DNA of 64,000 nucleotides from Malacoraja senta (lineage: Eukaryota). Every line of letters begins with the position of its first letter. Positions within the stretch are counted from its first letter, which is position 1. Below are positions 26,022 through 37,700 of this stretch, one piece after another. The notes below the pieces were generated by a model, which was not told the DNA's origin, made no database searches, and saw only the letters and a list, made by a program, of their open reading frames with translations. The translations under genes and the position numbers were made by a program. The stretch lies in contig CM075982.1 of NCBI GenBank assembly GCA_038087875.1, positions 62,434,001-62,498,000 on the forward strand, in the 5' to 3' direction.

Positions 26022-26929
26022 TTACTCCTGTATTCAAGTCCTCTTGTACTGAAAGCCAACATACCATTAGCCTTTCTAAATGGGTGCTAGTCCTCGATAC
26101 CTCGTATTAACCCATGTAAAACTGTATGTGCCATGCATTTTCCCATTCACTCCACTTGTCTAATTCATAGTGGAGTCTCTTTGAACCCTCCTTGCAGGTC
26201 AAATCCCCTCCCAGCTTTGTATCATTTGCAAACTTGCATTTGTTACATTTAATTGCCTCGTAAAAGTCATTGACATGTCTAGTGAATAGCTGGGGCCCAA
26301 ACACCACTCCACTAATCACTGTCTGTGACCTGAAAAAATAGACCCATTTATTCCTACACTTTGTTTCCTATCCAACAACAAATTCTCAATCCATGCTAAT
26401 ATATTTTACCAATCCCACAGGGTTTAATCATGCATGACAACCTCTTGTATGGAAAGCCTACGGAAGTCCAAATAAGCACATTCGCAGGTTCTACCTTATT
26501 TATTCTAATAATTACATCCTCAAAAAAAACTCCAGTAGCTTTGTTTAGCATGATTTCCCATTAATGCTTCCCACATGCACTGTTATTACATCTTTTATAA
26601 CAGATTTTAGTATTTCTCTACATTAGTGATGGTGGGAGTACCCGTCTGTGGTTCCGTTTTTTTCTCTTCCATTTTTCAAATAGTGGGGTTACATTTGCCA
26701 TTGTGGGGTCTTTAGGAACTGCACCAAAATCTAAAGAATTTCGAAAAATGACCACCAGTGCATCCTGCACTTCAGGTGTCATTTGCTATATTAGTGTGGA
26801 ATGTAGATTATCAGGCCCTGAGGATTAGTCACCTTTTTGAACCGTTATTTCTTCACTAATACCTATTTCCATCAATTCCTCCTTCTCTTTGTTTCCCTGA
26901 TACATCAAGGACATAACTAGTGTCCTCCT

Positions 26930-27214
26930 TTAGTTTAGAGATACAGCGCAGGACCAGGCCCTTCGGCCCACTGACTCCGCACCGACCAGTGATCCCCGCA
27001 TACTGACACTATCCTACACATCCTAGGGGCAAATTACAATTATTCCACAAATTGTACGTCTTTGGAGTGTGGGAGGAAACAGGAGCACCTTGAGAAAACC
27101 CACGCAGGTCACAGGGAGAAAGTACAAACTCTGTACAGACAGCATCCGTAGTCAGGATCGAACCCGGGTCTCTGGCGTTATAAGGCAGCAACTCTACCTC
27201 TGCCCCACCGTGCC
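26930..27214 (-). mobile_element. HE1-like SINE
   Basis: Reverse-complement match to the reference copy. Confidence 0.85.
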
Positions 27215-27792
27215 TTACTCCTCTGAAAATAGTATGTATTTAATTGTTAGGTCATTTCTATGTTCCCAATTATAATTTCCCTCAATCGTGAATGTTGGGA
27301 AACTACATTTGTCTTCACAAATCTCAGTCCTAAATGGCCTCCCCCTTATTCTTAAACTGTGACTAAACTAAAGTTGAGTTTAGTTTAGTTTATTATTTTC
27401 ATGTGTACCAAGGTACAGTGAAAAGCTTTTTTGTTGTGTGCAATTCAGCCAGCGAAAAGCCTATAGAGTACATGTTTACAAACAAGCCGTCAGCAATGTA
27501 CAGATACAGGGTAAAGGGAATAACATTTAGTGCAAGATAAAGTCCAGTAAAGTCTGATTAAAGATAGATTGAAAGTCTCCAATGACCACAAGATGGCTAA
27601 TTATTCCCTTCCATTGTACATTACAGTTCCCATAAAATCTTCCAAAGGCCTTTCTAGCTGTGAAATCCCATTACAAGTCCACCCCAGATTACGAATACCC
27701 AACTAATGTACAGCCCGTACGTACGAGTTAGCATTCTGGGAGACTGTATCTGTATCTTGATAGAGCAGCCATGATTGAATGGCAGAGTAGAC

Positions 27793-28109
27793 TTAGATTT
27801 AGTTTAGGTTTGCAGATACAGCGCAGAAACAAGGCCTTCGGCCCACCGAGTCTGCACCGGCCAGCGATCCCCGCGCATTAACACTACCCTATGCACACTC
27901 GGGACAATTTACATTTATACCAAGCCACTTAACCTACAAACCTGTATGTCTTTGGAGTGTGGGAGGAAATCGAAGATCATTGGGGAAAACCCACGAAGGT
28001 CATGGGGAGAACGTGCAAACTCCGTACAGAGAGCACCCATAGTCAGGATTGAACCTGGGTCTCTGGGAGTGTAAGGCAGTAGCTCGACTGCTGTGTCACT
28101 GTGCCGCCC
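27793..28109 (-). mobile_element. HE1-like SINE
   Basis: Reverse-complement match, nested in a CR1 3' tail. Confidence 0.85.
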
Positions 28110-28479
28110 TGACACCACTGTGCCACCTGGGCTGAATGGCCTAATTCTGCTCCTATAACTTATCAACTTGTGAAATTATGATCTATCTCAAAACCATCAA
28201 ATCTTTGCAACATTAGTGCAGTTCAAACTACATATTCAGATGTATATTTTATCAGATAACGAAGCAGCCAGCTATGTTCTTAGCACCCATGAATAATAAT
28301 AAATTGGTGGATGTCTTTTTCATTAAAGGTACTGGAAGCCAAAGGAAAAGTTAAGTGGTTTAAAATTATCCTGGTGTGCTTTGGAATCAAATCCTCGCAT
28401 CTGCTTTAAGAAATATTGCCTTGACTTGGATTTCACCCATTTTTGCGAGCTCTGATTAGCCTAAAGCCCAACCTTTAAT

Positions 28480-29242
28480 ATGACATTTGACTTTAATATG
28501 ATATTTGACTCAGCACTGAAATTTGACAAACAAGTCAATGCCGTGGTAAAAGCTAGCTTCTTTCAGCTTCGGATGATAGCTAAAATAAAACAATTCCTCC
28601 AGTTTGATGACCTCGAAAAGATCATCCACACATTCATCTCCTCCCGCCTAGATTACTGCAACTCCCTTTACACTGGCATCAGCAAATCTTCCCTGTCCCG
28701 CCTGCAACTAGTCCAAAACGCCGCAGCGAGACTCCTGACGGGCACCCGAAAAAGGGACCACATCACCCCGATCCTGGCCTCTCTCCACTGGCTCCCTGTG
28801 CGGTTCTGTATAAACTTCAAGATCCTCCTCCATGTCTACAAAGCCCTCAATGGGCTTGCCCCCACCTACATAAAAAGTCTTCTCACCCACCACTCCACCT
28901 CCAGGCCCCTCAGATCGGCCAACTTGGGGTTGCTGAATATCCCACGGTCTAGGCATAAGCTCAGGGGGCGACCGGGCCTTTGCGGTTGCAGCCCCTAGAC
29001 TGTGGAACAGCATTCCCTTTCCCATCAGAACTGCCCCCTCCATCGACTCTTTTAAGTCAAGACTAAAAACTTATCTATACTCCCAAGCCTTTCCTGACGT
29101 CCTCTGAGTGAGGGCTACATGTATATATGTATGTAGTTTGTTTTGTTTGTGCTATTCTTATAACAAATGTAAAGCACTTTGGCCAACGAGAGTTGTTTTT
29201 TAAATGTGCTATATAAATAAATGTGACTTGACTTGACTTGAC
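28480..29242 (+). mobile_element. L2 LINE 3' fragment
   Basis: ISSRLDYCNSL...LQLVQNAAARLL...HITPILASLHWLPV. Tail GTAAAGCACTTTG...CTATATAAATAAA then (GACTT)n. Confidence 0.92.
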
Positions 29243-29374
29243 AAAAAAGTTCAGGTACTTTCCACTTTTTCAGGGTGTTTAATGGGTACAAGTGGGATGC
29301 CCAACAACAGGTGTTTACAGAGATCACAGTTGTTGCATTGTTGCCACTGGGGATTTTGGGACAATTAATTAATT

Positions 29375-29685
29375 GAAAGATACAGCATGGAAACAGGCCT
29401 ATCAACCCACCAGGTCCACACTGACCATCGATCACCTGTTCACACTAGTTTTATGTTATCCCGCGTTCTCACCCACTCCCTACCGACAAGGGGCAATTTA
29501 TAGAGGCCATTTAGCCTACAAACTCGCACATCTTTGGGATGTGTGAGGAAACCGGAGCACCTGGAGGAAACCCATTCGGTCACAACGAGAACGTGCAAAC
29601 TCCACACAAACAGCACTCGAGATCAGGATCGAACCCAGTTCTTTGGCGCTGTGAGGCAGCAGCTCTACTAGCTGCACCATGTGCT
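29375..29685 (-). mobile_element. HE1-like SINE
   Basis: Reverse-complement match to the reference copy. Confidence 0.8.
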
Positions 29686-29879
29686 GCGATGATGGCAGAG
29701 AGTTAAACCTCTGATTTGCTTTCTACTTACTGACCATCAACATTATTCATTCCCGTTTGCTTTTCCAAAGGTATGAGAGATTAAATTCTCCACTGCACCA
29801 GAAATTCCTAATTTTCTTACCTGGCAAAATGAATGCATATGTCATATACTCTGCATCTAATCACGTAACATGATATTAG

Positions 29880-30200
29880 TGCAGCACAGCAGTGCAGCTG
29901 GAAGCTGCTGCCTCACAGTGCCAGAGACCCGGGTTCAAACCTGACCTCGGGTACTGAAAATGTGGAGTTTGCACGTTCTCCCTGTGACCCCGTGGGTTTT
30001 CTCTGTGTGCTCTGGTTCCCTCCCACGCCCTAAAGACGTGTGGATTTGGAGATTAATTGGCCTCTGTAACATGGCGCCTAATACAAAGGAAGCGTATGCG
30101 AAAGTGGGATAACATAGCACTAGTGTGAACAGGTGATCGGTGGTCAGAGTGGACTAAGTGGGCCAAATGGCCTGTTCCTATGCTGTATATTTCAATCAAC
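29880..30200 (+). mobile_element. HE1-like SINE
   Basis: Match to the reference copy; head-to-head with 29375-29685. Confidence 0.8.
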
Positions 30201-30773
30201 TCAATTAATGTTACTAACAAACAAATATTCGCACTAACAATATTTAGGGCAGCAGTTTGCTGGAATAACGGTGTTTCTGCCTTCAGGGAAATTAATTAGA
30301 GGTGGTCAAGTCAGTATAAAAGATTGCAGAATTTCAAGTACAAATATTAGGATTCCATAATGTTTTGCTGGTATTTACACAACTTTGTGCTAGAGTGCAC
30401 AAAACAGACCCGACCTCCAGTCAAATGGCATTGTTTGTCTCAACTAATTGTGCCCTTTTGGGGACCTTGAGAAGGAAGTTAATTTATTTAATTTATTTAT
30501 TTAGATGCTTAGTTGCTAATAGATACACTTTAACCACGTTTATAAAATAATGTGTTTAAAACAACTGAAGACCATTGAAACTAGAAAATAGTTTGGTGCC
30601 GTTTTTTAGAGTAATTCTGTCGCTGAAAGACTGAAATCCTCACATTTGGTGAATCGATTGCTTTGATTAATTTCATTTTAATAACCCATATTGAGTTACT
30701 ATAACTGTATTCTTACCATTCTTAAATGCATCAAGGACATTTTTGCTGCATTTTTAAATCTATATATTGCTTA

Positions 30774-31010
30774 AGGCCTGTCCCACTTTCACCACCTAAT
30801 TCACGACCTCTGCCAAGTTTGCCCTTGACTCATACTCGCAGCATGGTCATCACGAGGTCGTGGGAGGTCGTAGGTAGGTCGTAGCAGGCCGTGATGCTAG
30901 TCGCAGGTACTCGTGGCATCAAGTAGGTCGGGGCGTTTTTTCTAGCATGATGAAAAATGTCCACGAGAAAAAAAGGCTGTGAATTAGGTCGTGAAAGTGG
31001 GACAGGCCCT
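30774..31010. mobile_element. Harbinger/PIF-type MITE
   Basis: AGGCCTGTCCCACTTTCAC...GTGAAAGTGGGACAGGCCCT. TTA TSD. Confidence 0.9.
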
Positions 31011-31804
31011 TTAGATGGACTAGTTTTATGGTCGATTTTGTACTCGGTGATCTGCACTTAGGATTGTGTAGAAAATTAGGAAGAAATATACTTCTTAAAA
31101 CAAGCACAATTGGAGTGTGATTTTTATTTAGATCGTAGAATGTGCCCAAAGCAGAAGTTTTGGGCTAGAATGTGAATTTATGCTGAATTTAAATGTTGTG
31201 TGCACTGAAGGTAATTAGTCAGCTGAGTGTTTTTTTGTGTGTGTGGATATTTGATTAAAGTACAAAGGGAGAAATTGTTTCATTGTTATGAATAATGAGA
31301 ACAGTCTGAAGAAGGGTCTCTATCTGAAACACCGCCCATTCCTTCTCTCCAGAGATGTTGCCTGTCCCGCTGAGTTACTCCAGCATTTTCTATCTACCTA
31401 CGGATAACACCAATTCAAGATTAATGACCGAACAACCAGAGGTTGAAATGAGGTTAACATTTTTTTTCTATAACCATTTGTTCTGATTTGGAATCTACTC
31501 TCGATAAGGACAGTGGAAGCAGTTCCAATGGTAGCTTTTTAAGGGAATTGGAATAATACTTGAAAAGGAAATATTTGTGAAATTTTGAGGAAACTGTTGG
31601 GTGAGTGGCCAATAAGTGTGCTCTTCCCAAGAGCTTCCACAGGCATTGTGGCCTGAACGGCCATTTCCTTTTGTGGGTCATTGACTGTATATTGTACAGA
31701 TAAGTGGGATTCAGTGAACTAAGAAAAAGTCACCCATGTTTTACTAACCCCTATTTACAGGTTGATTATTTTTACTGCCATGCCCCCATTTTCCATTCAT
31801 GCAG

Positions 31805-32083
31805 TTTATTTGATACACCACGGAAACAGGCCCTTCAGCCCACCGAGTCTGCACCAAGCAGCAATCCCCGCACATTAACACCACCCTACACACAGTAGGG
31901 AATTTTTTTACATTTTATACCAAGCCAATTAACCCACAAACTTGTATGTCTTTGAAGTGTGGGAGGAAATCGGTCACGGGGAGAACGTACAAACTCTGTA
32001 CAGACAAGCACCCATAGACAGGATGGAACCCGGGTCTCTGGCGCTGTAGGGCAGCAACTCTACCGCTGCACCACCGTGCCACC
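31805..32083 (-). mobile_element. HE1-like SINE
   Basis: Reverse-complement match to the reference copy. Confidence 0.85.
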
Positions 32084-33379
32084 CGGTGCAGTCTTTATCA
32101 CATGCATATATTTGTTTTTTATAATTGCACCATGTTTTTTAACTTTTCTACATCTCCTTTAGATAGGGTGGGGGAAGGGATAGCACATCATCCCAAACGT
32201 CCTGTCCCCCTCAGCACCCCCCCCCTCCACACACCCCCACCTCCGTACCCCCCCCCCCCCCACCTTCCCACCTCCCTCCCACCATCATCAAGCCCAGGAT
32301 TAAGGAAAATTTAAATTTCCAATTTAAATCTTTAAGCAGGCTTTATTTCGAATCTCCATGGTAGCAAATCTTTTTGATCAGATGCCATGCTCTGTATCCA
32401 AAGCAAGCCCTAATTCAGAGTCAGTCTTGGCTGCCACGGGCAGTTAGACAGCTTGCTCAAGTGAGGATTCCTTTCTTTTCCTTTGGCTTTTCTCTGAGGC
32501 AAAATATGCTGGAACAATCCTATCACATCTGAGCTTTCCATTCCAAATCGGCCCACAGAAATACAGATCCTTTCCTTCTTTTAGAGAACGTCCAGCAAAT
32601 TCCATTAAGCGTTTTTTTTTGCTCTACTACAAACATCTGCTCGCTCAGAGAGTCGAGTACTCCTTTTCTCATTCAAATGCTTGCGACAAGTGAGGCATAA
32701 CTCCGCACGTGTCTTTCTCATTACTTAGCTTCTAATTCAGTCTCTTCCAAGTTTCTAAGGTCTATTAACGGCACTTAACTATTATTCCACCCAGCAGTAG
32801 AAAAGGTCAGATTTTTAACGTTAATATTTCCTGATTATCCTCCAGTTTCTCATTATTGTGAGAATGTTTTTTGCTGAGGAGAAACAGCAAATACAAATAT
32901 ATAATTGGTGCCCAGACTTTACAGAATTTAGGCTTTCCATCTTTCCCCTCTCCTATACAGAATCTTGGTTACGAATAGCTCTATGAGCAAGTGGCCTTTG
33001 TAGAGACACATACAAGTCCGATGCAAATGGTCTTCCATATTCTGGATCATGAAACATTTCACAAAATTATGGTCACTTTCTCCACAGGTACATATAATAA
33101 TAGTTAGAAACAAGGAACTGAAGATGTTGGCTTACACGAAAAGACACAAAGGGCTGGAGTAATTCAGTGGGTCAGGCATCATCTCTGGAGAACATGGATA
33201 GGATACTTCTTCGGACAGTCTGAAGAAGGGTCCCAACATGAAAAGTCACCAATCCAAGTTCTCCAGTGATGCTGCCTGATCTGCTGAGTTACTCCAGCAC
33301 TTTATGTCCTATAGTGATATTTCTTGGGTCATTTCTATGCAAGATTAAACACCATCAGATCTTGATGTGCACTGATATT

Positions 33380-33465
33380 CTAGATCCTTGAATTGGTTAG
33401 TTACAAATCTAACTAGATCCTTGAATTGGTTAGTTACAAAACTAACCTTGAATTGGTTAGTTACA
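33380..33465. repeat. Short triple direct repeat
   Basis: CCTTGAATTGGTTAGTTACA occurs three times, 28-33 bp apart. Confidence 0.85.
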
Positions 33466-35604
33466 CTAGTCTTCTTCTTGCGTTTGAGGCAGCAGAAGTT
33501 TACAGCAGGGTGATGCCATCCGGTTTGACATCAGTAGGTGAAAACATGAGCCCCAAATCAGAAGTTAGTTTGCTTCTTGAAACAATGTCATTATGGTAAC
33601 CGACAGTTCACATTACAAATTTTCATCATGTCTGCACAGATAAAACATTTGGTAGACAAGAGTGCTGGAGAAACTCAGCGGGTGCAGCAGCATCTATGGA
33701 GCGAAGGAAATAGGCAACGTTTCGGGCAGAGTAATTGATGTGTTTTATAATCTTCTACCACCCCCGAGTCCTCCCAAATCACTATGGTGGTATTCGTTCT
33801 TGCAAGGATAGGGTTCAATTTGCATCACACCTAGTAGAATCACCCACAAGTAACAATTTGTCATGTATGAATATGGACAGTGAGCATCAGTAAGCTGTGA
33901 CATACATGGTGGAGATTTAGTGGGATCTCACTACGCCATAGTGGGATTTAAGAGACTTTTGGCCAAGCACAAATGCGTAGGGAATGGAGGGATATGGATT
34001 ATGTGTAAGCAGATAAGAGTTGGTCTTTGCATCCTGTTTGACACAGATATTGTGAGCTAGAGAGCCAGTTCTGGTGCAGCACTGTTCTATGTTCTATAAT
34101 AGCCAAGATTTCTCCCTTCACTCAGTTCACACTGCCAACATTCCAAAGTTAAAGTATACAAAAACAATGGCTGTATTATCATTGCAATGATCGCACATCA
34201 GTTTTCAGTTGCACAAGTAGTTAACTGGCACGTTTAAATTGTTGAAAAGTTGCTGCTTGATTTAAATTTCAATAAGTTAACACTTTTTATCAACATTAAT
34301 ACGTTCACTTCTTGTAACTGTAACTTAGGGGATTTATATGTCCATCCAGGGAAGTAAACGGAACTGGGTAGTAACTCCACAGATAAGTTATGGGTTTTTT
34401 TTCTTGAGTTTTAGAAAGGAAATGTGGGCGTTCTGCATTGCCTTTGCTATGATAATTGCTAGGAGACGTTTTATTGATGAGTCATACTGTTGCTAAGAGC
34501 ATTCTGGGCCCACCACCAATTGAACCAAGTCACAACCCTGCCAGACATCTTGAGGGGATTACATCACACTTAGAAGCAACACAGCTTGTCTGTCCTCAGG
34601 CACAGCTTACATTTGTGTAAAAAAAAAATTAGATTCGCAGATATCAAGAATGTTGTTAATTATATTCTGTGTAGATGGTGACTTTCCATCATTGATTTCT
34701 TTCATTGCGAGATATCAGTTTCCTGGGTTCTCACATCTTCTGTTGCTATGGTACAAAAATAGCAAAGTAGGATCACCAGAAGTTAGTTTTGGAGGTTTAA
34801 CAACAGTATATCATTGTGCAACCTGCATCTTGAAAGAAAATGACTCTTGAATTGCTTTCTCAGAATAATAAGCTGTTCTGTTCTCAATATTGCTTGTCTT
34901 CTTAACTAATTGAGGATGGTGCTCAGAAGAATAACACCTAGTCGCAAGCTACTAGCGTTTCAATTTATTATCATGCGCTAACTTTGTAGCAAATGATCTC
35001 TTCATGATTCTATTATCAATGAAGAGGGATCTTTTACTGTGCGGATGCTCAGATTTCTGGTCAACAATAAAGCACTCGGCTGATTGGTGGCATGTGATAT
35101 TTGCAAAATAAATTAAATTAATCTCATTTTCTTTGAACAAATGATAATGATTCTCAAGAGATGCCAGTGGGCGTATTGTGACTATCGTGTAGAGATGTCT
35201 GGGCCTCTGAAATCGCAGTTGGTTCTGCCATAAAGCAGTGAACTTGTAGTTGACAAAGATTGTTTATGAAGGAACCGCAGATGCTGGAAAATCAAAGGTA
35301 GACAAGAATGCTGGAGAAACTCAGCGGGTGAGGCAGCATCTATGGAGCGAGGGAAATAGGCAACGTTTCGGGTCGAAACCCGAAACAAATGGGGAAGAAG
35401 CTGTTCCAAAATCTTGTTGTACGTGCTTTCAAGCTTTTATGTCTTCTGTCAGTCTGAAATTTCATTGGTCCAGGACAAATTGCTGATACGAACTGGAATT
35501 GGAAGGAACTGGAAGCTCTTGACCATCTCCATTTTGACACCATTGTTGCTGATTGGGGCATGTAATCCACTTTGCTTCCTGAAGTCAATAACTAGTTCCT
35601 TTGG

Positions 35605-35897
35605 TTTTAGTTTAGTTTAGTTTAGAAATACAGCGCAGAATCAGGACCTTCGGCCCACCATTTCCGCGCCAACCAGCGATCACCGCGTACACTAGCATTA
35701 TCCTACACACTGGGGACAATTTTACAATTTCCGAATTACTGAAGCCAATTAAGCTACACACCTGTACATCTTTGGAGTGTGGGGGGGAATCTACGCAGTC
35801 ACAGGGAGAACGTACAAACTCTGTACAGACAGCACCTGTAGTCAGGATCGAACCAGGGTCACTGGCGCTGTAAGGCAGCAACTCTACCGCTGCACCA
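35605..35897 (-). mobile_element. HE1-like SINE
   Basis: Reverse-complement match with (TTTAG)n tail. Confidence 0.85.
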
Positions 35898-36312
35898 CTT
35901 GACACCCTTGACATCAAGAGAGCATTTACTCCATTGGAAAACAGTAATACCCAAATAATAAGGTCTTATTGAACATCTTACTCTTTCTCTTCATGAGCTG
36001 GCCACTAAATGATCCTGATTGATATGAAGTTGCATGGTGCACTGGGGGAAGCCTGGGGTCGGGATGTTGGGCACAGTCAAAGTTGATGTTTATATTCGAT
36101 TAAGCAGCTGGCAGAACCATCTAATCATCAGAAACTGTTTTAGCAGAGCTTAAGGCATTGCATGTAATAAAAGTTATATTATTCTATAAAGAATCCTCTG
36201 AGAAGTATATATACATGTATAATACCCATTTATTACTTATTAATGGTGAAAACTCAATTCTTACACCATGTATCCTGCATATTATATACACACACATACA
36301 CACATGTATAGT

Positions 36313-36448
36313 NNNNNNNNNNNNNNNNNNNNNNNNNNNNNNNNNNNNNNNNNNNNNNNNNNNNNNNNNNNNNNNNNNNNNNNNNNNNNNNNNNNNNNNN
36401 NNNNNNNNNNNNNNNNNNNNNNNNNNNNNNNNNNNNNNNNNNNNNNNN
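36313..36448. other. Assembly gap
   Basis: Run of N. Confidence 1.
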
Positions 36449-36737
36449 NGGCGCAGCGGTAGAGTTGCTGCCTTACAACAAATGCAGCGCCGGAGACCTG
36501 GGTTCAATCCTGACTGCAGGTGCTGTCTGTACGGAGTTTGTACCGTGACCTGCGTGGGTTTTCTCTGAGATCTTCAGTTTCCTCCCACACTCCAAAGACG
36601 TACAGGTTTGTAGGTAATTGGCTTGGTAAATGTAAAAATTGTCCCTCGTGGGTGTAGGATAGTGTTAATGTGCGGGGATCGCTGGTCGGCGCGGACCTGT
36701 TGGTCCGAAGGGCCTGTTACCGCGCTGTATCTCTAAA
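36449..36737 (+). mobile_element. HE1-like SINE (begins at the gap edge)
   Basis: Match to the reference copy. Confidence 0.85.
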
Positions 36738-37495
36738 ACAAAAATTAAAAACGAAAATATATAAAATCATTTCTTACGTTAATTGTCCCCCATTGATTGT
36801 GTAGGTTATAAAGAAGATGATTTTTCTATGGAATGATATAAAGGGTACATATATATAAGCCTTCATTCCACATAAAGATCGGCTGCTCTATAACGTACAC
36901 ATGTAAATGGAGCAACATCAATTCTTACACCATGTAGACAGTGTGCACTGAATACCAGACTGCTCCTCTGAAGTTCGGATGGATTTATTCAAGAATTTCC
37001 AACGTGCATTCCTCCTTGCTGCCCCCTAATGTCAAAGTGTGGGACTGACTGACGTCTGCTGTAAAAGTAAATGTAAGAAGAATCTCGCAATAAACTTCAC
37101 CTGCTGGAAATCAGTCTGACTTTGCTGTTTGAAGTTGTTGCTGATCTCTGAGGGTGTGGCTATCTTGAAAGCTCCGGAAAAAAATGATAAACCCAGCTGA
37201 CGTCCCACGATCCTGAGAGATGCCTGCAGGCCTTTGAACCTGCTACCTGAACCTTGGCAATTAACCAGTGGGTTGCTGACCAGTGTTAAACTTGGGCAAA
37301 TACATGTCAGCCAAGGGCCCAGTGTAGTCTCTAGGGAATGAACATCAACACCTCTGTTCGAAACCTCCACCTGTAGAGGTTTCAGGTAGAGGAGTAAGGA
37401 AAATAAAAGAAAGTCATATGAGACCGGTCCTTGATTATGCTGGCGGCCTTGTCGAGGCAGCGTGAAGTGTAGATGTAGTCAAAATGCTGGAGTAA

Positions 37496-37700
37496 AGGGG
37501 CTGTCTCACTACGGTGACCTAATCTGCGAGTTTAGAAGTGTTTGCCCTTGACGCAAACTCGCAGCATGGTTGACACGTGGTCCTAGGAGGTCCTATGAGG
37601 TCACTGGAACTCTCCTTCATGCTCGAAGGGAGTTTCCGCATACTCGCGGCCTCAGCTAGGTCACGGAAAAATTTTCAGCATGTTGAAAAATTTTCCGCTG
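37496..37700. mobile_element. Truncated Harbinger-type MITE (left end only)
   Basis: TAA then AGGGGCTGTCTCACT. Ends near the internal TTTTCAGCATGTTGAAAA palindrome. Confidence 0.7.

Larger units (their letters stand above)
24990..27362 (-). mobile_element. Old, degraded CR1 LINE with nested Penelope remnant, MITE and SINE
   Basis: ORF 26107-26319 (GVVFGPQLF...FANDTKLGG). Nucleotide similarity to the CR1 copies at 1700-4281 and 56112-58630. Confidence 0.75.
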
